A stretch of DNA of 64,000 nt from Hyphomicrobiales bacterium (GCA_039973685.1 JBDWKL010000050.1:1766-65765); one strand, 5' to 3'. Shown: positions 38,927-48,727, numbered from the stretch's first letter. Made by a program: numbers and translations. The notes: generated by a model from the sequence alone, not told the origin.

Positions 38927-39655
38927 TCAGGAAGTAGAAGAATGGTTAGACAAGAGAAAATCTTTAGCCTCATTGATTTTAGCGGCAAGCGCCGTAGAGC
39001 CGCCCCTGTCGGGATGGATCTTCATCATCAAGCGTCTGTGCGCAGCGACGATGCTGTCGCGGCCAGCCCCCGGAGCAAGCCCAAGGATCTCGTAGGCCTC
39101 CTCCTCGGTTATGGTGCCAGAACCCGTCGTTCTGCGATGCCCCGCGTCGGCGTCAACCTCGAAGTCTTCACGCCAAGTGGCAATCACGCTGTCAAGATAA
39201 GCTTCAAGTAAGCTCAAACTGTTCGGGTCACCTTGGTCCAGAACTTCCTCATAGAGAGACTTTAATTGCTCAGGCGATAAATTCGAAAGGCGATCATCTT
39301 CATGGTCGCCTTTTTTAATGCGCCCATCCATTTGGCCTGATTGGTGGTTGAGGGTCATCTCAAAGTAATCGGTATTGACGGATGATGTCTTGCCCGCATT
39401 CGGATTTGAACCTGCCCTCGCCTTAAACGGCCAGCGCCATCCCAGCAGCAAACCGAGAGCGACCAATCCAACCGGCAACGACAAAACCGCATAGCGGCTG
39501 GTAAAAACCAAAATAATGGCCACAACGAAGGCGACAACTGCCAACAATTGCCGAAACAATGTGGCAAGCGCTTTTGGTTCACTGCGAGAAAAAAGCCGCA
39601 ACCCCAAAAACACAATAGCCAAAAGCAGGACGCCTGCAAAAAATTGGATCATCAT
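38927..39655 (-). CDS. Membrane-anchored J-domain protein
   Basis: Two or three N-terminal TM helices. C-terminal J domain AYEILGLAPGAGRDSIVAAHRRLMMKIHPDRGG carries the HPD motif. Confidence 0.8.
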   Translation of the reverse strand: MMIQFFAGVLLLAIVFLGLRLFSRSEPKALATLFRQLLAVVAFVVAIILVFTSRYAVLSLPVGLVALGLLLGWRWPFKARAGSNPNAGKTSSVNTDYFEMTLNHQSGQMDGRIKKGDHEDDRLSNLSPEQLKSLYEEVLDQGDPNSLSLLEAYLDSVIATWREDFEVDADAGHRRTTGSGTITEEEAYEILGLAPGAGRDSIVAAHRRLMMKIHPDRGGSTALAAKINEAKDFLLSNHSSTS

Positions 39656-40392
39656 CCCTCACCGTTCAACTGCGGCAACAATAATCTGTCGCCACTTTCT
39701 TCCAAAGCCTTCAACCCACCAGCAGCATAAACTGCAACGGCTTTCAAAAGCTCCGACAAATGCTTAGCGCTTGCCTGGTCAAACCTTGCATAAGCGCCAT
39801 TGGATAAACGCGCCATTTCTTTAAACGCGCGCTCTGTCGTTGGGTCGCGTCCTTCTTGAAACACAAACATTGGCACACCAAGCAAACCCAGTTCACCCGC
39901 TTTGTCGCATAAAATATCGAGGTTTTCTTCCATCGCATCACCGATAAACACCAACGCATCAACCGATTGCCGTGACTGTTCGCGCAATGCGTTGAGAAGC
40001 ACTTTCTTGATCTGGGTTTTACCGCCCCGACAAGAAATTCGCCCCATATAGCTATGCAATGCGGTTGTTTCACTCACCCAAGGCGAAGATCGACACTCTC
40101 TAAACCCGCGAAAATAATTAAGCTGAACATCAAGTCCGCCAACACTTTCAACCGTTTCAAACATTTCAGCCTGTATGTGACAGGCCAAATCCCACGTATG
40201 TTGCCGGCTGAGTGTTGCATCAAGCGCAAATATCAATCGCCCTCGCTCATTCTTGCGCGGCTTCATCTGCGCCAATTGATTGGCTTTTTGCAGAAATTCA
40301 GCGACCTCATTAGCGGTAGAAGCCGACGCCACGTCAGTAGCCTCTTCCCCGTTCTTGATCGATATGTCAGCGTTTTTGCTGTTCAAAACCAA
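39652..40392 (-). CDS. von Willebrand factor A (VWA) domain protein
   Basis: LIFALDATLSR is a MIDAS-like DxTxS motif. The alternating beta/alpha pattern and VFIGDAMEE fit the fold. The stop overlaps the J-domain gene start (ATGA). Confidence 0.72.
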   Translation of the reverse strand: MVLNSKNADISIKNGEEATDVASASTANEVAEFLQKANQLAQMKPRKNERGRLIFALDATLSRQHTWDLACHIQAEMFETVESVGGLDVQLNYFRGFRECRSSPWVSETTALHSYMGRISCRGGKTQIKKVLLNALREQSRQSVDALVFIGDAMEENLDILCDKAGELGLLGVPMFVFQEGRDPTTERAFKEMARLSNGAYARFDQASAKHLSELLKAVAVYAAGGLKALEESGDRLLLPQLNGEG

Positions 40393-40483
40393 AAATTCTC
40401 CGCTTTTCTTTCAATATGGGAGCATTATAAGCGTGGGACAAGATCATCGGAACATTTGCCACAGGTGCAAGGAACGACCAATC

Positions 40484-41347
40484 ATGACGAATGTGCAAGC
40501 AATGCCAAAGATTACGCGCACTGATAGCGAGATCAGGGCAGAAGTCGCACATTGGCACAATGCGGGGGAAAAAGTAGCCCTTGTCCCCACAATGGGTGCT
40601 CTGCATGAAGGCCATTTGTCACTGATTGATTATGCCCGCCAGTTTGCAAACCGCATTGTCGTTTCAATTTTCGTCAATCCGACCCAATTTGGTGAAGGCG
40701 AAGATTTTGAGAGCTATCCAAGAACATGGGATTCTGACATCGCCATGTTAGCTGAGCGCGGCATCGACGCGATTTATGCACCAACTGCAAAATCCATGTA
40801 TCCCAATGGCTTTGCCACAAGCATCACCGTTGCAGGCCCCGCCCTTGAACTGGAAACCGACCACCGCCCGCATTTCTTTTCTGGTGTTGCAACGGTTGTT
40901 TCAAAACTTCTGCTCGGCGTCTTGCCAGATTTTGCCGTCTTCGGTGAAAAGGACTACCAGCAGCTGCTCGTTATCAAGCAAATGGTGCGGGATCTGCAAA
41001 TCCCCTGTCAAATTGAAGGAGCCCCAACGGTTCGAGAATCAGACGGCCTCGCCATGTCCTCGCGTAACACCTATTTGACGGATGAAGAACGACCAATAGC
41101 GGCAAAACTCCACGCGACCCTTCAAGATTGCGCAGAGCAGATTCGTAATGGCGAGAATCCAGAGATTGCTTGCAATCAAGCTATTGATGCACTTACAAAA
41201 TTTGGTTTCAGCGTCGATTACCTGACACTAAGAGATGCCGAAACATTGGCCGCTCTAGAAACGGTGAAAGATCAAAAGCTGAGATTATTGGTCGCGGCCC
41301 AATTAGGAAAACCGCGATTGATCGATAACATCGCGGTCAATTACTAA
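40484..41347 (+). CDS. panC: Pantoate--beta-alanine ligase
   Basis: VPTMGALHEGHLSLI, VVSIFVNPTQF and FGEKDYQQ. Start moved from 40280 to MTNVQAM. Confidence 0.93.
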   Translation: MTNVQAMPKITRTDSEIRAEVAHWHNAGEKVALVPTMGALHEGHLSLIDYARQFANRIVVSIFVNPTQFGEGEDFESYPRTWDSDIAMLAERGIDAIYAPTAKSMYPNGFATSITVAGPALELETDHRPHFFSGVATVVSKLLLGVLPDFAVFGEKDYQQLLVIKQMVRDLQIPCQIEGAPTVRESDGLAMSSRNTYLTDEERPIAAKLHATLQDCAEQIRNGENPEIACNQAIDALTKFGFSVDYLTLRDAETLAALETVKDQKLRLLVAAQLGKPRLIDNIAVNY

Positions 41348-41353
41348 AGCCTT

Positions 41354-41791
41354 TTAGATCAAACCAAGCTCAGCAAGCTCTTTGCGCATTTCAGCAGGAA
41401 GCTCGCCCTCGCCATCCGAAAGTTCGCGCTGATCAGCTGGTGCTTCATTGGCTTTGAGATAGCGCCACCCCTGAAACGGGCGTTTTGGGCGCATTTCTGT
41501 CAGGATGATGCGCGGCTCTAGCACAATATCGCACCGTGAAATACCATCATCCCCAACAACGGCCCGCAAATCGACAATATGTTGCCGCGCTTGCATGACA
41601 CCTTTAATCACCCAATAAAGCGAACCGCCCTGCAAAATAGCATCACGCTGCTTGGGCATCGCCCGTGTGGTGTGAAATTGCTCGAAATCCCAGCCTTGAA
41701 TTTTGGCTTGATCACGGCGGAAATCAATCCACGCTTGAAGGTCTTCAACATTTTGAACACCGACACATAATTTTTGGAGATGCATGGTCAT
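41354..41791 (-). CDS. DUF1489 family protein
   Basis: MHLQKLCVGV...GGSLYWVIKG...PFQGWRYL is the characteristic DUF1489 pattern. Confidence 0.8.
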   Translation of the reverse strand: MTMHLQKLCVGVQNVEDLQAWIDFRRDQAKIQGWDFEQFHTTRAMPKQRDAILQGGSLYWVIKGVMQARQHIVDLRAVVGDDGISRCDIVLEPRIILTEMRPKRPFQGWRYLKANEAPADQRELSDGEGELPAEMRKELAELGLI

Positions 41792-41833
41792 ATCTGGAAA
41801 CTACGGCGCTAAAGCCTATATGCCAAATGACAA

Positions 41834-42232
41834 TCAGTCTTTTTCCACAGTCGGCTTACCGGATTTCTTCCAGCCCATATAGCCACCCTCAAGATGACCG
41901 CACTGTGTAAGGCCAACGTCCTGCGCCGCCTTGGTTGCAAGCGCAGAGCGCCAAGCGCTAGCGCAATAAAACACAAAGGTCTTATCTTCTTGAAAAATTT
42001 CTTTGTGATACGGGCTATCTGGATCAACCCAGAATTCCACCATGCCACGCGGCGTGTGCATTGCACCCTCGAGCATTCCATCGCGCTTTAGTTCGCGAAT
42101 ATCACGGATATCGACAAACACAACATCATCCTGGTCCAACATGGCCAAGGCTTCATCTTGCGAATATGTCTTAATTTCTTCGTTAGCGGCTGCAACTAAT
42201 TCTTTGACAGAACTGCGGCTCTCACTAATCAT
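41834..42232 (-). CDS. Rhodanese-like sulfurtransferase domain protein
   Basis: 132 aa with VFVDIRD and a YCASAWRS active-site loop containing Cys. Confidence 0.85.
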   Translation of the reverse strand: MISESRSSVKELVAAANEEIKTYSQDEALAMLDQDDVVFVDIRDIRELKRDGMLEGAMHTPRGMVEFWVDPDSPYHKEIFQEDKTFVFYCASAWRSALATKAAQDVGLTQCGHLEGGYMGWKKSGKPTVEKD

Positions 42233-42384
42233 TACTCAGCCTGCTCTTGGCCAACAGATGCAACGGTGTCACCGTCTGTTTTATGGTCTACAAATAAAGA
42301 GAACACGGCAAAAACACCGACAAATACCAGCACGCCCCAAACAGCAACGCCCCAGCATGATTTTTGAACTTCTTGTTCGTCCAT
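42232..42384 (-). CDS. Small single-pass membrane protein (50 aa), absent from the ORF track
   Basis: Hand translation gives MDEQEVQKSCWGVAVWGVLVFVGVFAVFSLFVDHKTDGDTVASVGQEQAE. Its TAA stop shares one base with the rhodanese ATG (TAATG). There is no obvious SD sequence. Confidence 0.4.
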   Translation of the reverse strand: MDEQEVQKSCWGVAVWGVLVFVGVFAVFSLFVDHKTDGDTVASVGQEQAE

Positions 42385-42591
42385 TATTTTAATCTGCCAT
42401 TATTCGAGGCGTCAGAGCGCCTCTGCCCATTTAATCAGAGGCCCGAAGTAACTCTTTAGTAATAATTGTGCAAGTGCTAACATCACTTTTTCACCACAAT
42501 TAAATCTTGTTTTCGTCAAATCTACTAAACGGCGTAAACTTTTCACTCATCAAAGTGCAAAAACATGCCCATTCCTGTAAAGCTCTGATTC

Positions 42592-43293
42592 ATGACATTT
42601 ACAAACCCATTCAGCTTGTTCCTAACCCCCCTCGATCAAATAGCCATCGTTTGGTTTTTGCTGCTTTCCATCTTCTATTCTTGGTGGCTAGAGCACGGAC
42701 CACTGCGAAAACAGTCTTTGTCGGCCTATATGAATGTCCAAAGGGAGAACTGGTTACGAGAAGCGCTGAGGCGGGATATCCGGATTGTCGATGCGACTAT
42801 TGTGACAGGTCTTCAACACGGCACTGCGTTCTTCGCATCTGCATCGCTGCTTGCCATTGGCGGCTGCCTTGGTCTATTGCGCGCATCAAATGAGATTTTT
42901 GCAGCCTTAAAAGACCTTCCAATAGGGATATCGGGCGATTTGCACCAATTGGAAATGAAACTCTTCGGCCTCGCACTCATTTTCGCCTATGCCTTTTTTA
43001 AGTTCGGCTGGTCTTTCAGGTTGTTAAATTACAATGCCATTCTCGTGGGGGCGATCCCGCCATCCGACGAAGCAGATACTGAAGAGGCTGAAAAAGCCGT
43101 CAAAAGAGCCCTTGCAATGAGTAAAAACGCAGGTACACACTTCAACCGAGGCCTTCGCACTTTCTTCTTTGCCCTCGGCTTTATTGGCTGGTTCATTGGC
43201 CCGCTCTATTTCATGGCGGCAACGACATGGATCACGCTTGTGCTGTACCGCAGGCAATTTTATTCATCCTCATTGCGTGGAATCGAAACATGA
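42592..43293 (+). CDS. DUF599 family membrane protein
   Basis: 233 aa. The N-terminus DQIAIVWFLLLSIFYSWWLEHGP and overall topology resemble DUF599. Confidence 0.78.
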   Translation: MTFTNPFSLFLTPLDQIAIVWFLLLSIFYSWWLEHGPLRKQSLSAYMNVQRENWLREALRRDIRIVDATIVTGLQHGTAFFASASLLAIGGCLGLLRASNEIFAALKDLPIGISGDLHQLEMKLFGLALIFAYAFFKFGWSFRLLNYNAILVGAIPPSDEADTEEAEKAVKRALAMSKNAGTHFNRGLRTFFFALGFIGWFIGPLYFMAATTWITLVLYRRQFYSSSLRGIET

Positions 43294-43622
43294 CCGACCA
43301 ACAGCCTCAAGAAGTCGACAGCCTAGCTGAAGACGTTACCCCTGCCCCTGAAAAACCCATCGTCAAATTACCTTATGAAGATGAGATAAAGACAAGCATT
43401 TTTCGCCTGCTTGCAGAACGGGGCGCGGGCAAAACGATTTGTCCGTCTGAGGCAGCTCGCGATATTGCTGGTAAAGATGAGAAAAAATGGCGCCTTCTCA
43501 TGAAACCAATCAAGCAAGTAGCTGTGGCTCTTGCCTTAGAGAATGAAATTCAAATTACGCGCAAAAGAAAACCGGTAGACCCACTTGCATTCAAGGGTAT
43601 CTACCGGCTCTCATTACCTTAA
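43290..43622 (+). CDS. DUF3253 domain protein
   Basis: ICPSEAARDIAG...WRLLMKPIKQVA...ITRKRKPVDPLAFKGIYRL. ATGA overlap with the DUF599 gene. Confidence 0.78.
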   Translation: MTDQQPQEVDSLAEDVTPAPEKPIVKLPYEDEIKTSIFRLLAERGAGKTICPSEAARDIAGKDEKKWRLLMKPIKQVAVALALENEIQITRKRKPVDPLAFKGIYRLSLP

Positions 43623-43637
43623 TAAGGCATGTGGCTT

Positions 43638-44261
43638 TTAGCCTACGTCTTTTACTGACTTAACAACTTTGCCAGCAAGACCGTATTTGATCGCTTCATC
43701 TGGAGACATCCAGTAATCGCGATCTGTATCTTCTTCAATTTTGCTTTTTTTCTGGCCTGTAGCGTCAGCGAAAATCTGGTTCAAGCGATCACGCATTTTG
43801 ATGATTTCGCTTGCCTGAATTTCGATGTCAGACGCTGTACCACCTGCACCACCGCTTGGTTGATGAAGCAAGAAGCGTGTGTTTGGTGTGCAAAAACGTT
43901 GTTTCACTGGCACAGAAGCATAAATCAATGCGCCCGCGCTTGCGACCCAACCAGTACCAACAATGTTGACGGTCGGTTCGATGAAATTGATCATGTCGTG
44001 GATCATATCGCCTGATTCCACATGGCCACCTGGTGAAGAAACAATCACGGTGATTGGTTCATCAGATGCCTGCGATAACGCGAGCAATCTGGCAGATGTG
44101 TCACGAGCAAGATCTTGCGTAATCTGGCCGGTAATCAAAACGGTACGGCTATCAAAAAGATGTTTTTCAACGCTTGGCGCGCTGTCTTTTTTCTCGTCAT
44201 CTTTTTCTTTGTCATCATCAAGATGGCTAGGTTTTGGATTGTAAGTCGCAAACTGCGTCAT
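43638..44261 (-). CDS. clpP: ATP-dependent Clp protease proteolytic subunit (paralog, no adjacent clpX)
   Basis: Catalytic Ser in [11 protein letters not shown] and His in FLLHQPSGG, plus [15 protein letters not shown]. About 35 aa of Lys/Asp/Glu-rich N-terminal extension. Confidence 0.9.
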   Translation of the reverse strand: MTQFATYNPKPSHLDDDKEKDDEKKDSAPSVEKHLFDSRTVLITGQITQDLARDTSARLLALSQASDEPITVIVSSPGGHVESGDMIHDMINFIEPTVNIVGTGWVASAGALIYASVPVKQRFCTPNTRFLLHQPSGGAGGTASDIEIQASEIIKMRDRLNQIFADATGQKKSKIEEDTDRDYWMSPDEAIKYGLAGKVVKSVKDVG

Positions 44262-44445
44262 AAAGATCTCTCTACTTGCTCAGAATCGTTTCCAATAGTC
44301 TTCGTCTTAGATAGCGCTCCCACCCTAGAATTACCAGCATTCGAGAGCACGTCCATCGACTTCAGACCGACTTTCTAACCAGATTGTATGAATATCTTCC
44401 AAATATTGCGGTAAAATTATTCGTAGTTGGCAAAAAATCTAACGA

Positions 44446-45858
44446 CTAAAATAAGCCAAACCACCATGCGGCCAAACCTAGGAAGGCAAAGAAGCCAACA
44501 ATGTCTGTCACCGTTGTCACAAAAGCGGTGGAAGCAATGGCCGGATCAATATTGAGTTTATCAAGCCCAATCGGGATCAAAATGCCCGCCAGCGCTGCCG
44601 AAATCATGTTCACAACCATTGCAGCAGCGATCACCAAAGCCAAAGGCAAATTACCGAACCAAACCACGGTGACAATCGCGATCAAAACCGCAAAGACAAC
44701 ACCATTGATAACCCCAACCATAAGCTCACGCATAATAATGCGCCGTGCGTTGAAGTTATCAATCTCGTGCGTCGCAATCGCCCGCACAGCAACTGTCATG
44801 GTTTGCGTGCCCGCATTGCCGCCCATAGACGCAACAATCGGCATCAAAATCGCCAGCGCCACCATTTGCTCAATGGTTGCATCAAACAAGCCAATAACAA
44901 ATGACGCTAAGATGGCCGTCACCAAATTGACCGCCAGCCATGTGAACCTACTTTTGACGGCGCGTATCACGCGGTCAGACAGTTCCTCATCACCAACACC
45001 GGCAAGACGTTTAATATCTTCGTCCGCCTCTTCATGGATCACATCAACAATGTCATCAATGGTCAACACACCAACAAGGCGTTGGCTTTCATCAACAACA
45101 GGGGCAGACAAAAGGTCATAACGCTCAAACAAGCGCGATGCTTCTTCTTGGTCTTCCGTTGCAGGAACAGTCACGCCATTACTCTGCATGACTTCTTCCA
45201 TCGTTACATCCCGCTTGGTTCGCAAGAACTTGTCGAGGGCTGCGGTGCCGACCAATCTGAAGCTTGGGTCAATGACGAAGATCTCATAAAACTCATCCGG
45301 CAGATCGTCTGCTTCGCGCATATAATCGATGGTTTGACCAACCGACCAAAATGGCGGCACAGCGATAAAATCTGTTTGCATGCGCCGACCAGCGGAATCG
45401 TCAGGGTAATCCAACGCCTTGGCGAGCTTTTCCCTCTCAATTTGCGACATCTGCGCCAAGATTTCTTGTCGCTCGGGCGCGTCCAAATCTTCGAGAATAT
45501 AAACCGCATCATCATTATCGAGTTCTTGAACGCCGACGGCCACCTGCTCAGGGCTCATCTCGTTCAAAATCGCAAGACGGTCGACTTCATCAAGCTCCGT
45601 CAAGGTGCCGAAATCGAAATCAGAACCTAGCTCCTGAATAAGCTGCACACGTCGCGCTTGCGGCAGCGCTTCAAGGAGGTCAGCCAAATCGGCTTCATGC
45701 AAAGAACGCGTTTCTAATAAGGTGGAATTGATATCCCCCTCTTCCAACGCCTGCTCAATACGTTGCACATAGGCGGTCGAAAGCGAGTCATCCTCATCCC
45801 TTGGGGAGTAGATAATAGGCTTTGATATTTCCGCTATATTTTCCTGATTTTTAGTCAC
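44446..45858 (-). CDS. mgtE: Magnesium transporter MgtE
   Basis: MgtE N-domain, tandem CBS domains, and the C-terminal TM domain with PIVASMGGNAGTQ. Confidence 0.93.
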   Translation of the reverse strand: MTKNQENIAEISKPIIYSPRDEDDSLSTAYVQRIEQALEEGDINSTLLETRSLHEADLADLLEALPQARRVQLIQELGSDFDFGTLTELDEVDRLAILNEMSPEQVAVGVQELDNDDAVYILEDLDAPERQEILAQMSQIEREKLAKALDYPDDSAGRRMQTDFIAVPPFWSVGQTIDYMREADDLPDEFYEIFVIDPSFRLVGTAALDKFLRTKRDVTMEEVMQSNGVTVPATEDQEEASRLFERYDLLSAPVVDESQRLVGVLTIDDIVDVIHEEADEDIKRLAGVGDEELSDRVIRAVKSRFTWLAVNLVTAILASFVIGLFDATIEQMVALAILMPIVASMGGNAGTQTMTVAVRAIATHEIDNFNARRIIMRELMVGVINGVVFAVLIAIVTVVWFGNLPLALVIAAAMVVNMISAALAGILIPIGLDKLNIDPAIASTAFVTTVTDIVGFFAFLGLAAWWFGLF

Positions 45859-46014
45859 GAGAAAGAACCGACATATAAGAGGATTGGGAGTGCGAAGCTA
45901 TTAAAGGCTTGAATTACAGCCTTTATCAACCGAATCCAACCACTTTAAGAGCAGAAACATTGACTTATTGTCAAACATCCATATGGTCCCGCTCAACCTT
46001 AAAACTAATAGATT

Positions 46015-47535
46015 TTGGATAAGACTCTGACTGAAAACACGGACGTTACCTTCGCAGAATTGGGCTTGAGCAAAAAAGTGCTCGCTGCTGTTGAAGAAGC
46101 AGGTTACACCCATCCGACACCTATTCAAGCTGGTTCTATACCGCCAGCTCTTGAACGTCGCGATATTTTGGGCATCGCACAAACGGGTACAGGCAAAACT
46201 GCCTCCTTTACGCTTCCGATGTTGACGCTGCTAGAAAAGGGCCGTGCACGGGCACGTATGCCCCGCACGTTGATCCTCACACCAACACGCGAACTTGCTG
46301 CACAGATTGAAGAAAACTTCATCAAATACGGCAAGAACAACAAGCTGACTGTCGCCCTATTGATTGGTGGCGTGTCGTTTGAAGAGCAAAACAAAAAGCT
46401 GGACCGTGGCGCAGATGTTCTCATCGCAACACCGGGCCGACTGCTTGACCACTTCGAACGCGGCAAACTATTGCTAACCGGCGTCGAAGTTTTCGTGATC
46501 GACGAAGCTGACCGCATGCTTGATATGGGTTTCATCCCTGATATCGAACGCATCTCGTCGCTTATTCCATTTACAAGACAGACCCTCTTCTTCTCGGCCA
46601 CTATGCCGAAAGAAATTCAAGGTTTGGCTGATAAGTTCTTATCGAACCCTGTTCGCGTTGAAGTGGCACGTGCTGCGACAACGGCCAAGACAGTGACACA
46701 ACGCCTTGTAGCCGCCACTGGTGAAGCATGGGACAAACGTGAAGTTCTGCGTGGTTTGATTTCCAATGCAGAAGAACTCAAAAACGCGATCATCTTTTGT
46801 AACCGCAAGAAAGATGTTTCCGAACTCTTCCGCTCTTTAGACAAACACGGCTTTATGGCTGGTGCCCTGCACGGCGATATGGATCAATTTGCGCGGACTG
46901 CAATTTTAGAAAATTTCCGAAATGGCAAATTGCCAATCCTCGTGGCGAGTGATGTTGCAGCCCGTGGCCTTGATATCCCTGATGTGAGCCACGTCTTCAA
47001 TTTCGATGTTCCGTTTAACGCTGAAGATTATGTGCACCGTATTGGCCGTACAGGCCGCGCGGGTCGATTGGGCACTGCCTATACGCTGGTCACTCAAGAT
47101 GATGAGCGCAATGTGGCTGACATCATTGATTTGATAAAACAGGAAATTGAATGGCACGGCGAGTCAGTTGATTTTGAAGCTGAACGCGAAAAGCGCCCAA
47201 AACGTGGTGGACGTGGTGGACGTGGCAAAGGCCGCAGCCCGCGATCTGAAAATTCTAAGCCTGCTTCTGGTGACAAACCTGCAAGCAAAGCAAAAGTAGA
47301 AAAGAACGACGCAGAAAGCCCCGTTAAAGCAGAACAGCCGCAAAAAACAGATGCGAAAGCAAATGAAGCGGCAAACCCTAAATCGGCAGATCAAAACACG
47401 CGCAAAAAATCAAAAAGGCCAGAACGATCTAAAGATGGTGGTCGCAATGATCGATCTGAAAATAAGGTCGTTGGCATGGGCGACCATGTACCAGATTTCA
47501 TGACGCGCCCTATTCGCAGCCGTACATCTGCTTGA
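46015..47535 (+). CDS. DEAD-box ATP-dependent RNA helicase (RhlE-like)
   Basis: Q motif, AQTGTGKT, PTRELA, VIDEADRML, SAT and HRIGRTGRAG, with a basic Lys/Arg-rich C-terminal tail. TTG start. Confidence 0.92.
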   Translation: MDKTLTENTDVTFAELGLSKKVLAAVEEAGYTHPTPIQAGSIPPALERRDILGIAQTGTGKTASFTLPMLTLLEKGRARARMPRTLILTPTRELAAQIEENFIKYGKNNKLTVALLIGGVSFEEQNKKLDRGADVLIATPGRLLDHFERGKLLLTGVEVFVIDEADRMLDMGFIPDIERISSLIPFTRQTLFFSATMPKEIQGLADKFLSNPVRVEVARAATTAKTVTQRLVAATGEAWDKREVLRGLISNAEELKNAIIFCNRKKDVSELFRSLDKHGFMAGALHGDMDQFARTAILENFRNGKLPILVASDVAARGLDIPDVSHVFNFDVPFNAEDYVHRIGRTGRAGRLGTAYTLVTQDDERNVADIIDLIKQEIEWHGESVDFEAEREKRPKRGGRGGRGKGRSPRSENSKPASGDKPASKAKVEKNDAESPVKAEQPQKTDAKANEAANPKSADQNTRKKSKRPERSKDGGRNDRSENKVVGMGDHVPDFMTRPIRSRTSA

Positions 47536-47677
47536 TTAATACTGCAATTTAGCAAAAAAGTACGCAAAACTAGTCGTTTTAACGCGTTTTGAATAACAGC
47601 AATACTTTGTCGGTAACCTTACGTTAAGGTCAAAAACCTAGAATGCGCGGACTTTAATTGGAGCGCATCGTTCTCGC

Positions 47678-48727
47678 ATGGATAGCCAAGACGATATTGA
47701 GCAGACAATAGCTATTGCGGAAAACGCAATTGGCGCTATGTCGTCAAACAGAATTGCCGCCTATCCAAAAGCGTATGAAGTTTGGTTCAGACATCTTTCT
47801 GGCTCAAATCCAAGCCTATCCGCATCAATTGATGACATTATCAAAAAATATGGTCGTATCTCCTCAGCGCAAATTCTGCAGCTTTACGAAGATTTCTTGG
47901 CCAAAGGTGCTGATACCGTACTTTCTGATGAAATTAACAACAAAATCACAGAAGAAGCATCAACGCTTGAGAAAATTGCGCAGCGCTCATTCGGGCTGAC
48001 CCAATCCATGGGTGATAATCTCGCTCAAGCAACAGAAGATCTTGAATTACAACTCGATCAAACATCGCTTACCAAGCTTATCAAGCGTATGGCAATGGAA
48101 ACTGCTGACGCTCAAAGACAAAACGCTGATATTTCTCAACAGCTTAAAGAAGCCCATAAAGGATTACTATTACTTCGCAAAAATCTTCAAGAAGTGCGCG
48201 AAGAATCCATTATGGATCAGTTGACTGGCATCGGTAATCGCCGTCACTTTGATCGAAGCCTTGATAAAGCCATTCTGGATCATAAGCACGCAAGACAACC
48301 GCTCTGTCTTATTTTGGCAGACATTGATCATTTCAAGAAGTTCAATGACCAATGGGGACATCAAACCGGCGACCAAGTGCTACGGCTGGTGGCTCTCGCA
48401 ATCAAAAGCAACGTGAAGGTAACAGATAACCCTTGCCGCTATGGTGGGGAAGAGTTCGCCATCATCTTGCCAAATACGTCGCTTGTTCAAGCACATAATG
48501 TGGCTGACAGAATGCGTATGACGGTTTCAAAACGCGATGTAATCAAGCGATCATCAGGCGATAATCTGGGTAAAATTACGGTCTCTGCGGGCGTTGCATT
48601 GATGACGGCGAATGATACGCCACAATCCATGGTCCATCGCGCTGACCTTTGTCTTTATGCCGCCAAAAATGCTGGTCGGGACAGAGTGGTAACTGAACGC
48701 GACAAGCTAATGATCAACGCCGCTTAA
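47678..48727 (+). CDS. Diguanylate cyclase (GGDEF domain) with a helical N-terminal sensor region
   Basis: DQLTGIGNRRHF and RYGGEEFAIIL active-site motifs. The usual RxxD I-site position reads KVTD. Confidence 0.88.
   Translation: MDSQDDIEQTIAIAENAIGAMSSNRIAAYPKAYEVWFRHLSGSNPSLSASIDDIIKKYGRISSAQILQLYEDFLAKGADTVLSDEINNKITEEASTLEKIAQRSFGLTQSMGDNLAQATEDLELQLDQTSLTKLIKRMAMETADAQRQNADISQQLKEAHKGLLLLRKNLQEVREESIMDQLTGIGNRRHFDRSLDKAILDHKHARQPLCLILADIDHFKKFNDQWGHQTGDQVLRLVALAIKSNVKVTDNPCRYGGEEFAIILPNTSLVQAHNVADRMRMTVSKRDVIKRSSGDNLGKITVSAGVALMTANDTPQSMVHRADLCLYAAKNAGRDRVVTERDKLMINAA

Noticed and set aside
40054-40524. The 156-aa plus-strand ORF and the extended panC ORF start at 40280.
   Set aside because: Both overlap the well-supported VWA gene on the other strand. 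The PanC homology begins only at the Met at 40484.
44501-45630. Two long plus-strand ORFs (206 and 198 aa) opposite mgtE.
   Set aside because: These are shadow ORFs of a high-confidence minus-strand transporter gene.
45901-45925. Hairpin AAAGGCT-N8-AGCCTTT in the mgtE 5' region, considered as part of an M-box Mg riboswitch.
   Set aside because: The whole mgtE/helicase divergent spacer is only ~156 nt, and I could not recognise conserved M-box helices or loops. It is probably just promoter-region secondary structure.
47579-47631. TTAA-N7-TGAA (CtrA-box-like) and the palindrome ACCTTA-CGT-TAAGGT upstream of the GGDEF gene.
   Set aside because: The CtrA match is only a half-site, since the consensus needs TTAA-N7-TTAAC. 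The 6-bp palindrome is short enough to occur by chance.
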